In this document: positions 1 through 12,306 of the stretch, one piece after another | How positions within the stretch are numbered: the stretch's first letter is position 1 | Layout of the letters: every line of letters begins with the position of its first letter | The notes under the pieces: model-generated | The model's database searches: none | Seen by the model: only the letters and a program-made list of their open reading frames with translations | Told to the model about the DNA's origin: nothing | Translations under genes and position numbers: made by a program | NCBI GenBank assembly: GCA_964016885.1 | Contig: OZ024742.1 | Span: 117,180,001 to 117,244,000, forward strand | Reading direction: 5' to 3' | Length of the DNA stretch: 64,000 nucleotides | Origin: Eledone cirrhosa | Taxonomy: Eukaryota

Positions 1-845
1 TTGTAGGGCAGACTGTCCAAACCATGTGATTTACCCCTCATGCAGTTAGTCATAGCATCCCATATTTCAGCGGCTGTTAGTAGCCATTTGAAGCCCTCTG
101 CTTCTGTTATCAACAACTGTGGCAGTCTGTTAAGGTAGGGACTGAAGTCCATCCCATTAGCTGGCCATCCACAGCTTCTGAAAAATTGCTGCTGAATGGC
201 TGCACACATCTGTTTGGGATCAAGTAACATGTGCCCATCAATGGTGTTCAAAAGACCAGAGTGTGGCTTTGCTGCCACACTGCATTTGTCACTCGGGCTC
301 ATTGAATGGCTTTCACCCCTTTGTGTCTAAGAGTATGCGACCTAGTCCTGACAATGCAGCCTTCATGCTTAGCATTGAAAAATTGGTCGACGACCAATCT
401 TGCTGCAAGCACTCATCTAACTTTCTAACTAGTTCTCCCTCTACTATACTTTACACGGTGGCTACAGCCTTACTGAACCTAATGGATTCTGTTCTAATTT
501 CCCTTTTCAGGGAGAAATACTCTTTGTTTTAGATGTCTGCTTCCATCAACACCTGCTTAACTAATTCACTGATCTGGTCACTGTAGGCTTTGCACGCCGG
601 GAGTGATGCGTTCACCTTCCAGTAGTTGGGCCCCTGTCAATGAAGCCTATCTAGATCTACCACACAGATCACAAAAATGTGGTCGGTGTAGACTACTTTG
701 AATTGTGAACAATTTATGCTGGACTTATCTATTTCCCTATAAAATATCTAATTTAGATCAATCTGGATGACCCATGCAGTTTGTTCAGGTCCACATTGGC
801 ATATTTGGGAAATCCAGTTGGTAAGGAAACAGTGCTCAATCAGGG
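1..845 (-). mobile_element. Degenerate L1/Tx1-type LINE fragment (endonuclease-RT linker region)
   Basis: Reverse complement aligns by eye with ~4130-5010 of the + strand Tx1-type element, e.g. GGGGTAAATCACATGGTTTGGACAGTCTGCCCTAC vs GGGGTAAATCGCTAGGTTTGGATGCTCTGCCCTAC. Multiple stops. Confidence 0.85.
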
Positions 846-869
846 ATGACTATGAATAAATAATATAAT

Positions 870-1760
870 AATTGTTTCTACTCTTGGCACAAGGCTAGCA
901 ATTACCCAGTGCATTACTGGTGCTTTATTTTATCAACCCTGTAAGGATGAAAGGCAAAGTAAACCTCGGCGTGATTTGAACTCAGAACGTAAAGGGCCAT
1001 AACTCTGTGCCGCGAAGCATATTGTCCGATGCTCTAACAATACTGCCAATAATAATTATTATTTCTACTACTTTTAGCACAAGGCCAGCCATTACTCAGT
1101 ACATTACAGGTACTTTATTTTATCGATGCCGTAAGGATGAAAGGCAAAGTCAACCTCGGCGGGATTTGAACTCAGATTGTAAAGGGACATAACTATGCTG
1201 GAAAGCATGTCCGACCCTCTACCGATACTGCCAATTCACCACCCTATAATAATAATAATAATAATGATTTTTACTATAGGCACAAGGCCAGCAATTTGAA
1301 GGGGAGGGGAATGTCGATTAAATCAACCCCAGTGCATTACCGGTACTTTATTTGATCGACCTTGTAAGGATGAAAGGCAAAGCTAACCTTGGCAGTATTT
1401 GAACTCAGAACGTAAAGGGATGCAACTATGCCACAAAGCAAGGTGTCTGACGCTTTACCAATTCTGCCAATCCAATGACCTCCAATAATAATTGTTTCTA
1501 CTTTAGGCACAAGGCCAGCAATTACTCAGTGCATTACTGGTACTTTATTTTATCGACCCCGTAAGGATGAAAGGCAAAGTTAACCTCGGCAGGATTTGAA
1601 CTCAGAATGGCAAGGGCCGTAACTCTATGCATCAAAGCATGGCGTCCAACCCTCTCCAATAATGTACTGGGTAATTGCTGGCACAAGGCCAGCAATTACC
1701 CAGTACATTACTGGTACTTTATTTTATCGACCTTGTAAGGATGAAATGCAAAGTTAACCA
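870..1760 (-). mobile_element. Head-to-tail array of ~5 tRNA-derived SINE (family A) copies separated by (AAT)n
   Basis: Repeated reverse-complement units with A-box-like TGGCAGTATCGG, B-box GAGTTCAAATCCC, core GCCTTTCATCCTTACGGGGTCGATAAAATAAAGTACCAG and tail GGCCTTGTGCCTAAAGTAGAAACAATT. Confidence 0.9.
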
Positions 1761-2638
1761 ATAATAATGATAATAATATATACCTTTGAATGAGTAGAGA
1801 AATGTAACAGAGCAATATACATTTTAAATGTAATATGTATGTGTGTGTATGTATATATATATAGAGAGAGAGGGGGGAGGGGGGGGGGCATACACAAACA
1901 CACAAAGATTGAAACTTTGACACATCGTAGCAGAAAGGTGAGGGTGAATAAATATAGTAGAAGGAAGTTGATTAAGTTTTCTCAAATGTAAAAAACATAA
2001 CACCTGTTCATCTTAAAGCTCACTAGAAATCTTAGCTGAAGAATAAAAAAACAATTTCATTAAAAAAAACTCTCGTATAAAAAGCAACGTATGTATACTG
2101 GAACAATTCATGACTGGATCCTATAAAGAATGAAACTGAGAGCAAAGTTGAGAAGTTGATCAGAAATGAATCTATTGGAATCAGTTTGATCATGCTGACG
2201 CTGTGAAGATTAAAATGTTTCTATGGTAGTTTCATTTTATATTTCTGTTTAAACCTGATCAACAACTCTATTAATATGATTATAAGGTTCCATGTTTCAC
2301 TTTCTATTTTTTCAATATTATTTTTTTTTGTGTGTGTGTAAGCGCAATTTTTATTTTTATCATTAGTTATTTGTTTCATATATTTTAACTTTTGATCTTT
2401 TAAAAAGAAAATTTTAATTTTTAACAGCAGATTGATTTTTTTCCTATTTTTTATGTACTTCATTGATATCAATCTGACAATTGACTTCAAACAAACCCTT
2501 TGCAATATTATACCTGTCATGAATATTTGTTCTACTTTAATTCATATTCTGATAGCAAAGAAACATGCAGACGTTAGTTTTATAGAATATTAAAAAGAGG
2601 TAACTTACTTGTACATTTTCTAAAGAATGTCATGAGAT

Positions 2639-2680
<42 letters not shown>

Positions 2681-2681
<1 letters not shown>

Positions 2682-2790
2682 GGCTTAGTGGTTAGAGAAT
2701 TTGGATTCACAATTATAAGGTTATGAGTTTGATTCCTGGATCAGGCGATGTGTTATGTTCTTGAACAAAACTCTTCACTTCACATTGCTC
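2681..2790 (+). mobile_element. tRNA-derived SINE family B (CORE-like), degenerate
   Basis: TGGCTTAGTGG A box and GAGTTTGATTCC B box; similar to the copy at 63672-63790. Confidence 0.65.
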
Positions 2791-3619
2791 TTTCTAAATC
2801 ATGGCAACATTGTGTCCTTTGTCACATTTGTTGCATTCTACCCCACTTGGTAAGCAAATGTGGTCTGGGATCTTGGCAGTTTAAAAAAAATATATATGTG
2901 TTGATGTATAGACAAAAAATGCTGTTAAATTGCCTATTGGTATCATTAACATAACATCACCGTATTTGCTACAGTTAACACTTTTAATGGTAACCAGTTG
3001 AATATACATGTGTTATAATCACAGATTACTCAACTACAACTTATGCCAGCTCACACCGTGACAAGAGATCATATACTAGTATGTAGATATGACCATGTCC
3101 ATGATAGGTTAAACCAATTACTCAATAATAACAATTAATCCCTGGGGTGAGGGGAGATCATAAAAGAAACGTAAGTAAAGCTAAGCAGGGAGGAGCCATA
3201 AGAGAATTATGTACATCAATCTCATAATAATTTACTTACACGAAAGAGTGTACTTATTTCTTAAGTCTAATTCATACTTAATAGATGTAAGAGGCAATTT
3301 TATAAGTGCGAGTACATAACTGGGTGCAATGATAAATTAAATTGGATAATAAAATACTAATATAGAAAGGATAATCATTCATATGTAAGAAGGTAGAAAG
3401 GGTTTCAGGTTTTTTATAGTGAAAATAAGTCTATTATTATGAATTCATTCAATGCTTATGAATTTAAGAGAAACAGTATAACTATTACTAAAGTCTGATT
3501 CATAACTAATGGATGTAAGATTTGATAGAAGCAACTATGAAGGGGAAGGACTTAATAGGTTACCCTAATATACTAAGTGGTGTCATATTTACTATATCAA
3601 AAAGAATAGGAATTCCTGT

Positions 3620-6600
3620 GTAAACAAGTAGAGTCCTTTCTCACTTGCCCCGTTCCTGACCCAACATGGCTGTAAATGTGCATAGCTTGAGCTCAGTTTG
3701 GAAGCAGGGTCACTTTCTTAACGACCTCAGGTCACTAAATAGATGTGGTGGCCATCAGCGAGACGAGAATTTCCGAAATGCAAGCTTTCGCACCGATCTT
3801 TGACGGTTACGAGGTGTAGGCATCTCCGAGCCATCCGGGAGTGGGGGGGGCGGGGGGGCGGAATGGCTGTGTTGTTTCGGAAAGGCTTGGGTCTCGCCAT
3901 ACGGACCATCTTCCTGGACCCAGAAGGTAAGTCGGTAGTGCTGGACGTGAATGGCACCGAAGGCAACGCTTTAGGGGCAGGACGGCCAGATTTCTCAGAC
4001 GTCTAGAGACCTTTCTGGGAACATCCCGTTCTTTAGTGTTAGTGGACAACTAGAACGGTATCTTGGATGCACGCTGGGATTGTGTGGGGCTAGTGGATAG
4101 GGGAGGAGGGTGCAAGAGCCTCACCAACTTGCTCAGACGTTTTGAATTGTCTGACAGGTATCGACTGGATCACCCGAATGTGCCAATGTGGACATGGGCA
4201 AACCGCAGCGGGTGATCCAGATCGTATCTCGATAGGATATTCTGCAGGGAACTAGATAAGGCTAGTATAGGTTATCCACAATTTAAAATAGTCAACTACA
4301 CGGACCACAAATTTGTGATCTGTGAGATCGACATAGACAGACTTCATAGACAAGGACCCGGTTACGTGTCTTTCCCGGCGCACAAAGCCTACAGATTAGC
4401 GTATTAGTTAAGCGGGCGTTGAAGGGAGCGGTCGTCAATAACAGGTGGTGGTTTGCCATGAAAAGGGCAATTAAAGTAGAGTCAATTAGGTTTAGCAAAG
4501 GAGTAGTGATAGAGGAAAATAGAGTAGAGGGAGAGCTAGTCAGAAAGCTAGAAGAGGCGTTTAGGACAGGCATCGCAACCGACGTGCTTGCGGCGAGATT
4601 GGCACTCGACCAATTCTTCAACGGAAAACATGAAGGCTGCGTTGTCAGAGCTAGAACGCGTGTTCTGAAACACGAGGGAATAAAAGCCGTCCAATGGTCC
4701 TGGGTGGCAGAGGCACGACGTTGCAACAAAGCCACAATTCGGTCTTTGTCTGACCAGAACGGGCGCGTGTTGCTCGAACCCAAGCAGATGTGTGGGGCTT
4801 TTCAGCAGCACTTTGCTGAACTGTTCGGGAACAGCGATGGGCCGGATCGGGGTATGGACTTCAGTGCATACCTAGCCGGACTACCTCGGCTCTCGAATAT
4901 CCACATAACAGTGTTGCGAAAAGCCAATAACAGCCGGTGAAATACAGGAAGTGATGGCAAACTGCACAAGGGGTAAATCGCTAGGTTTGGATGCTCTGCC
5001 CTACGAGCTTTATGCATTTATGCCAGACTTGTTCGGTGACCTCTTGGCAGACGTCTACTGAAACTTGCAGTAGAACGGGAGCATTCCCAGATTTGTGAGC
5101 CGGGGAGCGGTGGCGCTGCTGAGAAAAGACCCGAACAAGGGGGATGTTATTGATAACTTCAGGCCAATAACTCTGCTAAATGCAGAGTTCAAGATTTTGG
5201 CCAAGGTGTTAGCAACGAGGTTGGCACTTTTGTCGAGGATCTGGTGGGAGAGGTGCAGACATGCGCCATTCCGGACAGATCAATATGCGACAACCTCCAC
5301 CTCATGCAATATATCATAGAGAGGGTGTTTAAGGAACCTGGCACGGGTGGAGCCCTGATCAACTTGGATCAATGCAAAGCTTTCGATAGGGTCGACCATT
5401 GGTACCTGGCAATGGTCCTCGAGGCAGCCGGTTTCAGACCCATTTTCAGGGGTTGGATTGCTGTGATGTACAGCGACATCTGCTCAGTTGTGAGGGTGAA
5501 CGGTCACCTGTCGCAGTCATTCAGCATCATGCGCTCGGTCCGCCAGGGTTGTCCCCTCTCGTCCCTCTTGTACATATTGGCTCTCGAGCCATTAGTGCAC
5601 AAACTGGGGTCGATGAGGAGTGTCCCACGCAAACTAGGATGTGGGAAATCCGAGTCAGCTTACGCCGACGACGTCACCATGGTTGTGTCGAGGAGCAGAC
5701 ATGCCCAGATGCTCGGCACCGCTCTCAAGGAATACGAAGCAGTGACAGGAGCAAAGATAAACCAGGAAAAGTCGGTGTGCTTGCAGCTCGGCACCTGGAG
5801 AGGTAAGTCCATCTCATCCGACAGCGCCGTGTGGCATTGGACGGACGGACCGGTTAAACTGCTCGGGGTCTGGTTCGGACCGGACCTTCAGATGGAGAGA
5901 ACCTGGAGCGAGATGACGAGCAGGGTGGTCTCCCTCACCCAGAAATGGGCCGAGAGGAAGCTGTCTCTGAAAGACGGTGCGGAGGTGGCGAATGCGTACA
6001 TCGCATCTGGCACTGCTACTGCCTCACCGTCGTCCCTTGCCCCGGCCCAACTCTCACCAAAATGGAGCACCTCCTCTTCCACTTTTTGTGGAAGGGACAT
6101 GCTCCCATGGTCAGACAATCCATCTGCTGTCAACAGCCGTTGCGTGGAGGACTGGGCATGCCATGGCTGATGATGCGCATCTCTGGTGCTTCCTTGACGG
6201 TGAACAGGTGTGGTCGCCATTCGTCAGGCACGTTTTCCCACAGCTCGTCTCCTTGACGGAGCTGCAGTCCTGTGTCAGGAAAAGACCGAGGGATAGCGCT
6301 TGGAAACTGGAATGTCTCCACGCGCTCACCGCCCTCTGCCAGCTGGGCACCAGTATCGGTGGAACATCCACCTCGATGTTCTATAGAGGATTAGTGGAGG
6401 GGAAGAGCGACAACGTTCTCGGAGAGATCCTGGGCATCGAAGAAGATCAGCTGTTTACTCTCTTCCGGAGAACTTTCAGCCCAGGGCCTATGGATAACTT
6501 CCAAAAATCCCTGGCCTGGCAGTGCGCGGGGAGTGTTGCCGGTTCGAGATAAGCTCTACAAGCACAGAAGTGCCGTCAGCCGGGCCTGTTAAAGATGCGC

Positions 6601-7299
6601 GCAGAGCAACAAAACCATCCTGTACGCACTCGTTCAGTACCCGAGCATTGCCGACTTGTGGAGTTATGTCGAACAGTTGCTGTCGCAGGTAGGACCGATC
6701 CGGTTATCAACTGAGTCCATTGTGCAGATGGTCTCTCCGTCTTCCTTCGAGGAGGAAGGGCAGGTGGTTTTCATCTGCCTGGTGGCCATGGCGAAAGAGA
6801 TTGTGTGGTAGACAAGGTTGAAAGGGTTAAAGACAGACACTTTCCTCTTTGGCCTATCCCTGATTAACTTTTCCAAATTAGGTTGGAGAGGCAAGTGCTC
6901 TCTCCTAGGAAGTTTGTTGAAAGGTGGGTGAATGTAGCGAGAATGGTCCAAGTGAACGGGACCGCTCTGAATATACACTTGTAGTTTGAGGAATGGAAAA
7001 AATTAAGAGAGGGCGCTTGCCCTGGTGGTCAGGGTGGCCATTGCCTTTTGTGTAGTTTTCACCACGAGTAACCCTCGGAGGTTCCCCCCCTATTGGGGAA
7101 TTTTTCATTGTTTGAATTTTCATTTTTATTGTTTATATATATATACATATGTTTCTGTTTTTTTTCTTTTTCATTTCTTATATAAATAATAAAAATTTTA
7201 CACGCACAAAACCCACATCGTACCGTCCTGTGCCGTCTGTAATGTTTTTTTTTTATGTCAGCCCTTGTGGCCAATAAAGAAATCATTATTATTATTATT
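3620..7299 (+). mobile_element. L1/Tx1-clade LINE, 5'-truncated (ORF2 only: APE endonuclease + RT + C-terminal Cys motif), pseudogenised
   Basis: Frameshifted ORFs give GGGMAVLFRK (APE region), NFRPITLLNAEFKILAKVLA, LDQCKAFDRVDH, VRQGCPLS, YADD and KLLGVWFG. The 3' UTR ends GCCCTTGTGGCCAATAAAGAAATC(ATT)n. Confidence 0.9.
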
Positions 7300-8903
7300 G
7301 TTCTTTGAGTCTCAGTCATTGATGTTAGTTAACTGGAAAGTTTGTTGAAATGAATATCAAGCCACTACCTGCAGCCTCAGATATTCAGGATGTATCGGAG
7401 GGTTCTTGCCGTTCCCAGCAAGCATGCCTTTTGAAGTGTTCCAAAAAGCGGGGCGGGGCCAATTTTCTTTAACCATCCCTGGAACCTTTTTGAGATAGTA
7501 CCAAGTACGCCTATGACAATCGGGACCACTTTGACTTCATGGCAGTTCCAAATCCTTTTTACCTCCCACTTTAAGTCCTGGTATCGGTTAATTTTCTCCC
7601 TCTCCTTCTCTTGCACTCTCATATCGAATGGGCAGGCCACATGCACAATCAGGCACAATCCTTTTTCCTTGTCCAAAACCACCAGGTCAGGTCTATTGTG
7701 TTCCAGTTTCTTGTCCGTCTGTATCCTAAAATCCCACAGCACCTTCACCTGATCGTTTTCTATCACCGACTCTGGCTTATGCTCATACCACTTCTCAGAA
7801 TGTGGTAAATTGTTTACTTTGCATAGGTGCCAGTGGATCACCCTGCCCATCACATCATGTCTCCAGCCTTTATAGTGAGTCTGGGCTAGGTGTTTACACT
7901 CGGATACAATGTGAGCCACAGTCTCCTCTCTCTCTCCACAGATCCTGCACAGTGGGCTAGCCCCCTCCTTGTAAATATGGTGTTTCAGCCACTTCGTTTT
8001 GAGGGCCTGCTCTTGCGCAGCCATTAGCATTCCTTCTGTAGCCTTTTGAAGGTCTCCTCTTTTCAACCAGTTCCATGTCTGTGGATCTCTGAATTCAGTT
8101 TTCTCAAAGAAGGTACTATGAAGGGATTTTTCATGAAAGCTGCTCTTTCTCCTTGTTGTTATTTCCTCCTTGGACATCCCCTGGTCTATTGTCCTCTCCT
8201 TCAGTACAATTCTGAGCAATGGCTCCTTACTATCAGTCACGTATTTGTGTAGGTTGATTTTCTCCATCTGAACACAGTCCTCTATGCTGATAAGACCTCT
8301 TCCACCTTCAGATCTCCTTAAGTAGAGTCTATCGACATCATTCCTCTTGTGGAACATGTTGTAGATAGTCAATAGCTTCCTAGTCTTCCTATCCATTTCT
8401 TTTTGTTCAGCAACATTCCATCTCAGAATTCCCGCACTGTACATAATAATAGACACAGCTCGGGAATTTACTGCACTTATGGCATTCCTACTGTTCAGAT
8501 GTGACTTTAATATGCCCCTTACTCTCCGAATGTATTCAGATCTTATCAATTCCTTCATGTTTTTGTTCTTGATGTCATCAGCCTCCAGAACACCCAAATA
8601 CTTGTATCCTTCTTCAGTGTCAATTTCCTTTATCATCTCACCTGTTGCTACCTGGATTCCATTGCTTCTGTTCAATTTACTCCTCTTCATCACAAGGACT
8701 CCACACTTACTAATACCAAATTGCATACATATATCATTGCTGAAAATACGGACAGTGTCAACAAGCACATCCAACTCCTTCTCACTCTTCCCGAAGAGCT
8801 TAAGATCGTCCATGAAGAGGAGGTGATTGATGGTAAGCTCTCCCTTTCCCAACTTGTATCCTGCTCTCACTTTTCGCAGTATAATGGTCAGAGGCATCAG
8901 GCA
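7300..8903 (-). mobile_element. R4/Dong-like RLE non-LTR retrotransposon, 5'-truncated, with uninterrupted 506-aa ORF (7377-8897)
   Basis: ORF has RT motifs HLLFMDDLKL and YKYLG, CCHC finger CRICGEREETVAHIVSEC, RHD, and the RLE nuclease LWDF..RPDLVV..EKINRY..VVPIVIG. The 3' end abuts (AAT)n. Confidence 0.92.
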
Positions 8904-9300
8904 ATTATTTTTATATTATTTCTATAAGCATTAAGTTTAAGATTAATGGTATGAGGACAAAGAGAATTTGTTCATACCTTATTGTTACATTTCAGATCAC
9001 TTAGTGCATTAAAGCTAGATTTTGGTGAAGTTATAGTATATGAGACTACAATGGAATTTTTATTTCCCTTATAATTTCACATTATACTGGATCTTTTCAT
9101 TATTACTTGATTTAACTAATGCCACATTGTAATATTATGTGTACTGGTAAAAAATAATGCCATTAGAGATCCTATTAGATATATTGTTTACTATGGACTT
9201 AAGTATGAATCTAGTGTAATTAGAGCGCTCATTGACATAGAAAAATTGTTAAACAGGTTTATGAAAGGATTTGTATTGTTCTGAATCAAGATCAAAGGCT

Positions 9301-11241
9301 ATCATCATCATCATCATCATCATCGTTTAACGTCCATCTTCCACGCTTGCATGGGTTTGGACGGGAATTGTCCCACTTGAGGCAAGATTGGTTGTCTTGC
9401 TCGTATAAGACTGTCGGGTGGGTTTTCTACGGCTGGATACCCTTCCTAACACCAACCACATTACAGCGTGGACTGTGTGTTTTTTTGTCGTGACACCTAC
9501 ACGACCTCATTTATTTCGGACTGGATGTTGTGGTACCAACATAACTTTACATCGAAAGGTGTGGTGTGGATGGGGTGGGGGTAGTGGGACGGAGGTGTAT
9601 TTTTGTTAGAGGTGCCTACTGACTGTAGGGTTCGCTTTGTACTTAGGCAAGGCAGGTCTTCTGTATTACTGTGTAGCGCCAAAGATCTCGGTCCAGTGAC
9701 ATTGTCTTGGAGAGGTGTAAGTGTGTGAGGTCAGAATTTATCAAGTCGCCCCAGGTTTTTATGGGTCTGCCTACTCCGTGGCTACCGTCTATTTTTATTG
9801 CCCTGCACTTTTTTATACAGCTGTCGTCTTTCATGCGCATCACATGACTGTACCAATGTAGTCTTCTCTTGAGTAAACAACATCTGATTCCTCTTATTCC
9901 TAATTTCTCCCTTAGTTCGTTTATGCTTTGCGGTCACGTATATTACACATCCAGCGGAGCATGCAAGCTTCGTTCCTCTCCGGTCTGCGTATATCCTCTG
10001 CACACAATGCCCAAGTCTCACTGCCATGTAACATTGCTGTTCGTATGCAGGCATCATACAGCCTGCCTTTCATTTTTAGAGAGAACCCTTTAGCGGCCAA
10101 TAGTACTTTTTCCATCCCGTTCTGACTCTAGCTACTGTAGTTTCAGAGCACCCTCCCCCACTGCTGATTTTGTCACCCAGGTAACAGAAGGTGTCCACTA
10201 TTTCTATAGAACCATCTGTGCAATGGAATGAGCTAGTATTCTGTGGGCACTTGCTGCTACTTATTGCACCTGAGCAACGACCACATATAAAATCTATATT
10301 CTTAGTTAGCTTACCTGTGATCCCACTACATCTTTTATGCACCCATACTTTGCATTTGGGACATAAAATGGAGTTTCTGCCTACTCCTTTCCTTCACACT
10401 GAGCATGGCCATTTCCCAGATGGGACCGGTGCCCTATTTTCCTTCCTACAAACTAGAACTTTAGTCTTAGACAAGTTAATTTTAAGGCCTTTTGATTCTA
10501 GGTCATGCTTCCATGTTTGGAATTTCTTCTCTAGTTCAGCCATTGATTCAGCCAGTCTTGAACTCCTCTGTTATAGCCTGAAGGGCAATAATAAATAGTA
10601 GGGGGCTAAGAACAGAGCCCTGATGAACACCAACTTTTACGCTAAACTCTTCACTATATTCGTTGTTAATTCTGACCTTGCTGACTGTTTCTTTATACAT
10701 GGCTTGTATAGCTCTCACAAGCCATTCATCAACACCTAGTTTTCTAAGAGCCCACCAGATAATGGAGCGGGGGATTCTGTCAAAGGCTTTCTCCAAGTCA
10801 ACAAAAGCTAAGTATAAGGGTTTACTTTTAGCTAGGTACTTCTCCTGTAGTTGTTGTACAAGGAAAAGAGTGTCTGTGGTACTTTTACCTGACACAAACC
10901 CAAACTGCATTTCATCTAGATCAATTAGCTCTCTGATTAGTTGCGTTATTACTTTTTCTGTGACCTTCATGACCTGGTCGATTAATTTAATGCCTCTATA
11001 GTTACCCCTATCTAAGGCATCTCCTTTACCCTTGTAGCACTTAATGATGATGCTGCTACGCCAGTCCTTCGGAATGACCCCATTCTGTATGACTTGGTTT
11101 ACTATCCGGGTGACCATAGTGTGTCCCACCGTTCCAGATGCTTTCAGCATTTCAGCAACTATTTCCGAAGGCCCAGCCGCCTTACCCGTCTTCATATCTC
11201 TGATTGCCTTACTTATTATACTACCTTCAACTTGCACTGCT
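9301..11241 (-). mobile_element. RTE-clade LINE, 5'-truncated, (GAT)n tail; YADD motif deleted
   Basis: NYRGIKLID, AFVDLEKAFDR, VGVHQGSVLSP, FCYLG and LHGSETW. Near-identical to the copy at 59986-62620. Confidence 0.93.
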
Positions 11242-11697
11242 GCTATGTCTTAATAATTTACTAACATTTATTAGTATCGATGGTCATAGTTAGGTTATAT
11301 TCTTTAAAAAATCTGTGTAAACATTTCTTAGTTCTTAACAATAATGATATATGTCTCCTTTAAATGAAGGCAAGATAGCGTTTATTTTACTTAGTAAGAG
11401 AATACCTACTAAACCAGTGACTGGAGCAGAATCACTTGATCCCATAGTGATATCAAAATTGTATGGAATAGGTGAAAGCCTTTCTCAGATCACTAAATCT
11501 CACAGAAATGAAAAAGGAATGCGTAAAATAGAGAGTTGCTGTACTGTGGAAGAATACATCCAACCCATGCAAGCATGGAACAACGGACGTAATATGGTTA
11601 TGAGGATATATATATATATATAAATGGCTGCTACAGGCCTAGAACTGTTTCATTTGAAGGAAATCTTCAGGAAAGCTCCGCACACACACACACACAC

Positions 11698-11942
11698 AAT
11701 AATAAAAAGGACGATTTGTTATGTCTTCATTACGTTTGAGTAGTGACGCATGTTTTCCTATTGATCAGCTCAAGGTTCGATCTGTATCGATCTGACCTGA
11801 CTCTGGAATCAAAAGCTCATCGGACTTCTGTTGTGATAATGACAGATTGATACAGATTGAACCTTGAGCAGATCAATAGCAAAACATGTGTCACTACTCT
11901 ATAAACGTAATGAAGACATAACAAATCGTCCTTTTTATTATT
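11698..11942. repeat. Long inverted repeat (~100-bp arms, ~44-bp spacer)
   Basis: Arm 11698-11796 vs reverse complement of 11841-11942: outer 40 bp perfect, then a 3-nt bulge and six substitutions. Confidence 0.9.
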
Positions 11943-12039
11943 ATTATACTCTGCTTAGTACTACACCTCCATACTTACTGGAAACTATGCATCAAGTGCT
12001 CATTCTGGTGAACCTACAGTAACTGGACATTACAATCCC

Positions 12040-12042
<3 letters not shown>

Positions 12043-12105
<63 letters not shown>

Positions 12106-12199
12106 AAAAAGTATTTTTCCTATTTCCCACTCTACTACCCTAAGTATTGAGTACTCTGGTGCGTTATGGTCCATCTGGTTTCTTACCACAATTCCTTTG

Positions 12200-12286
<87 letters not shown>

Positions 12287-12306
12287 TATATATATATATA
12301 TATATA
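12043..12306. repeat. Two (TA)n microsatellites flanking a ~100-bp unique island
   Basis: Pure TA runs at ~12043-12102 and ~12200-12306. Confidence 0.95.

Noticed and set aside
870-1760. CRISPR-like repeat array
   Set aside because: The units are ~190-bp SINEs without unique spacers, the context is eukaryotic, and there are no cas genes.
2950-3620. Possible mitochondrial insertion (NUMT)
   Set aside because: Composition looked mitochondrial, but spot translations gave no recognisable mitochondrial protein motifs. A BLAST search would settle it.
7377-8897. 506-aa ORF as an active or domesticated gene
   Set aside because: It is 5'-truncated within the RT, and the nuclease has His (IVHVACP) where the sister copies have Asp (IVDVACP). 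It is best read as a young dead copy.
10663-11001. ORFs such as 10663-11001, 60811-61149, 8479-8826 and 51538-52203 as host genes
   Set aside because: They are antisense shadows of LINE RT coding sequence.
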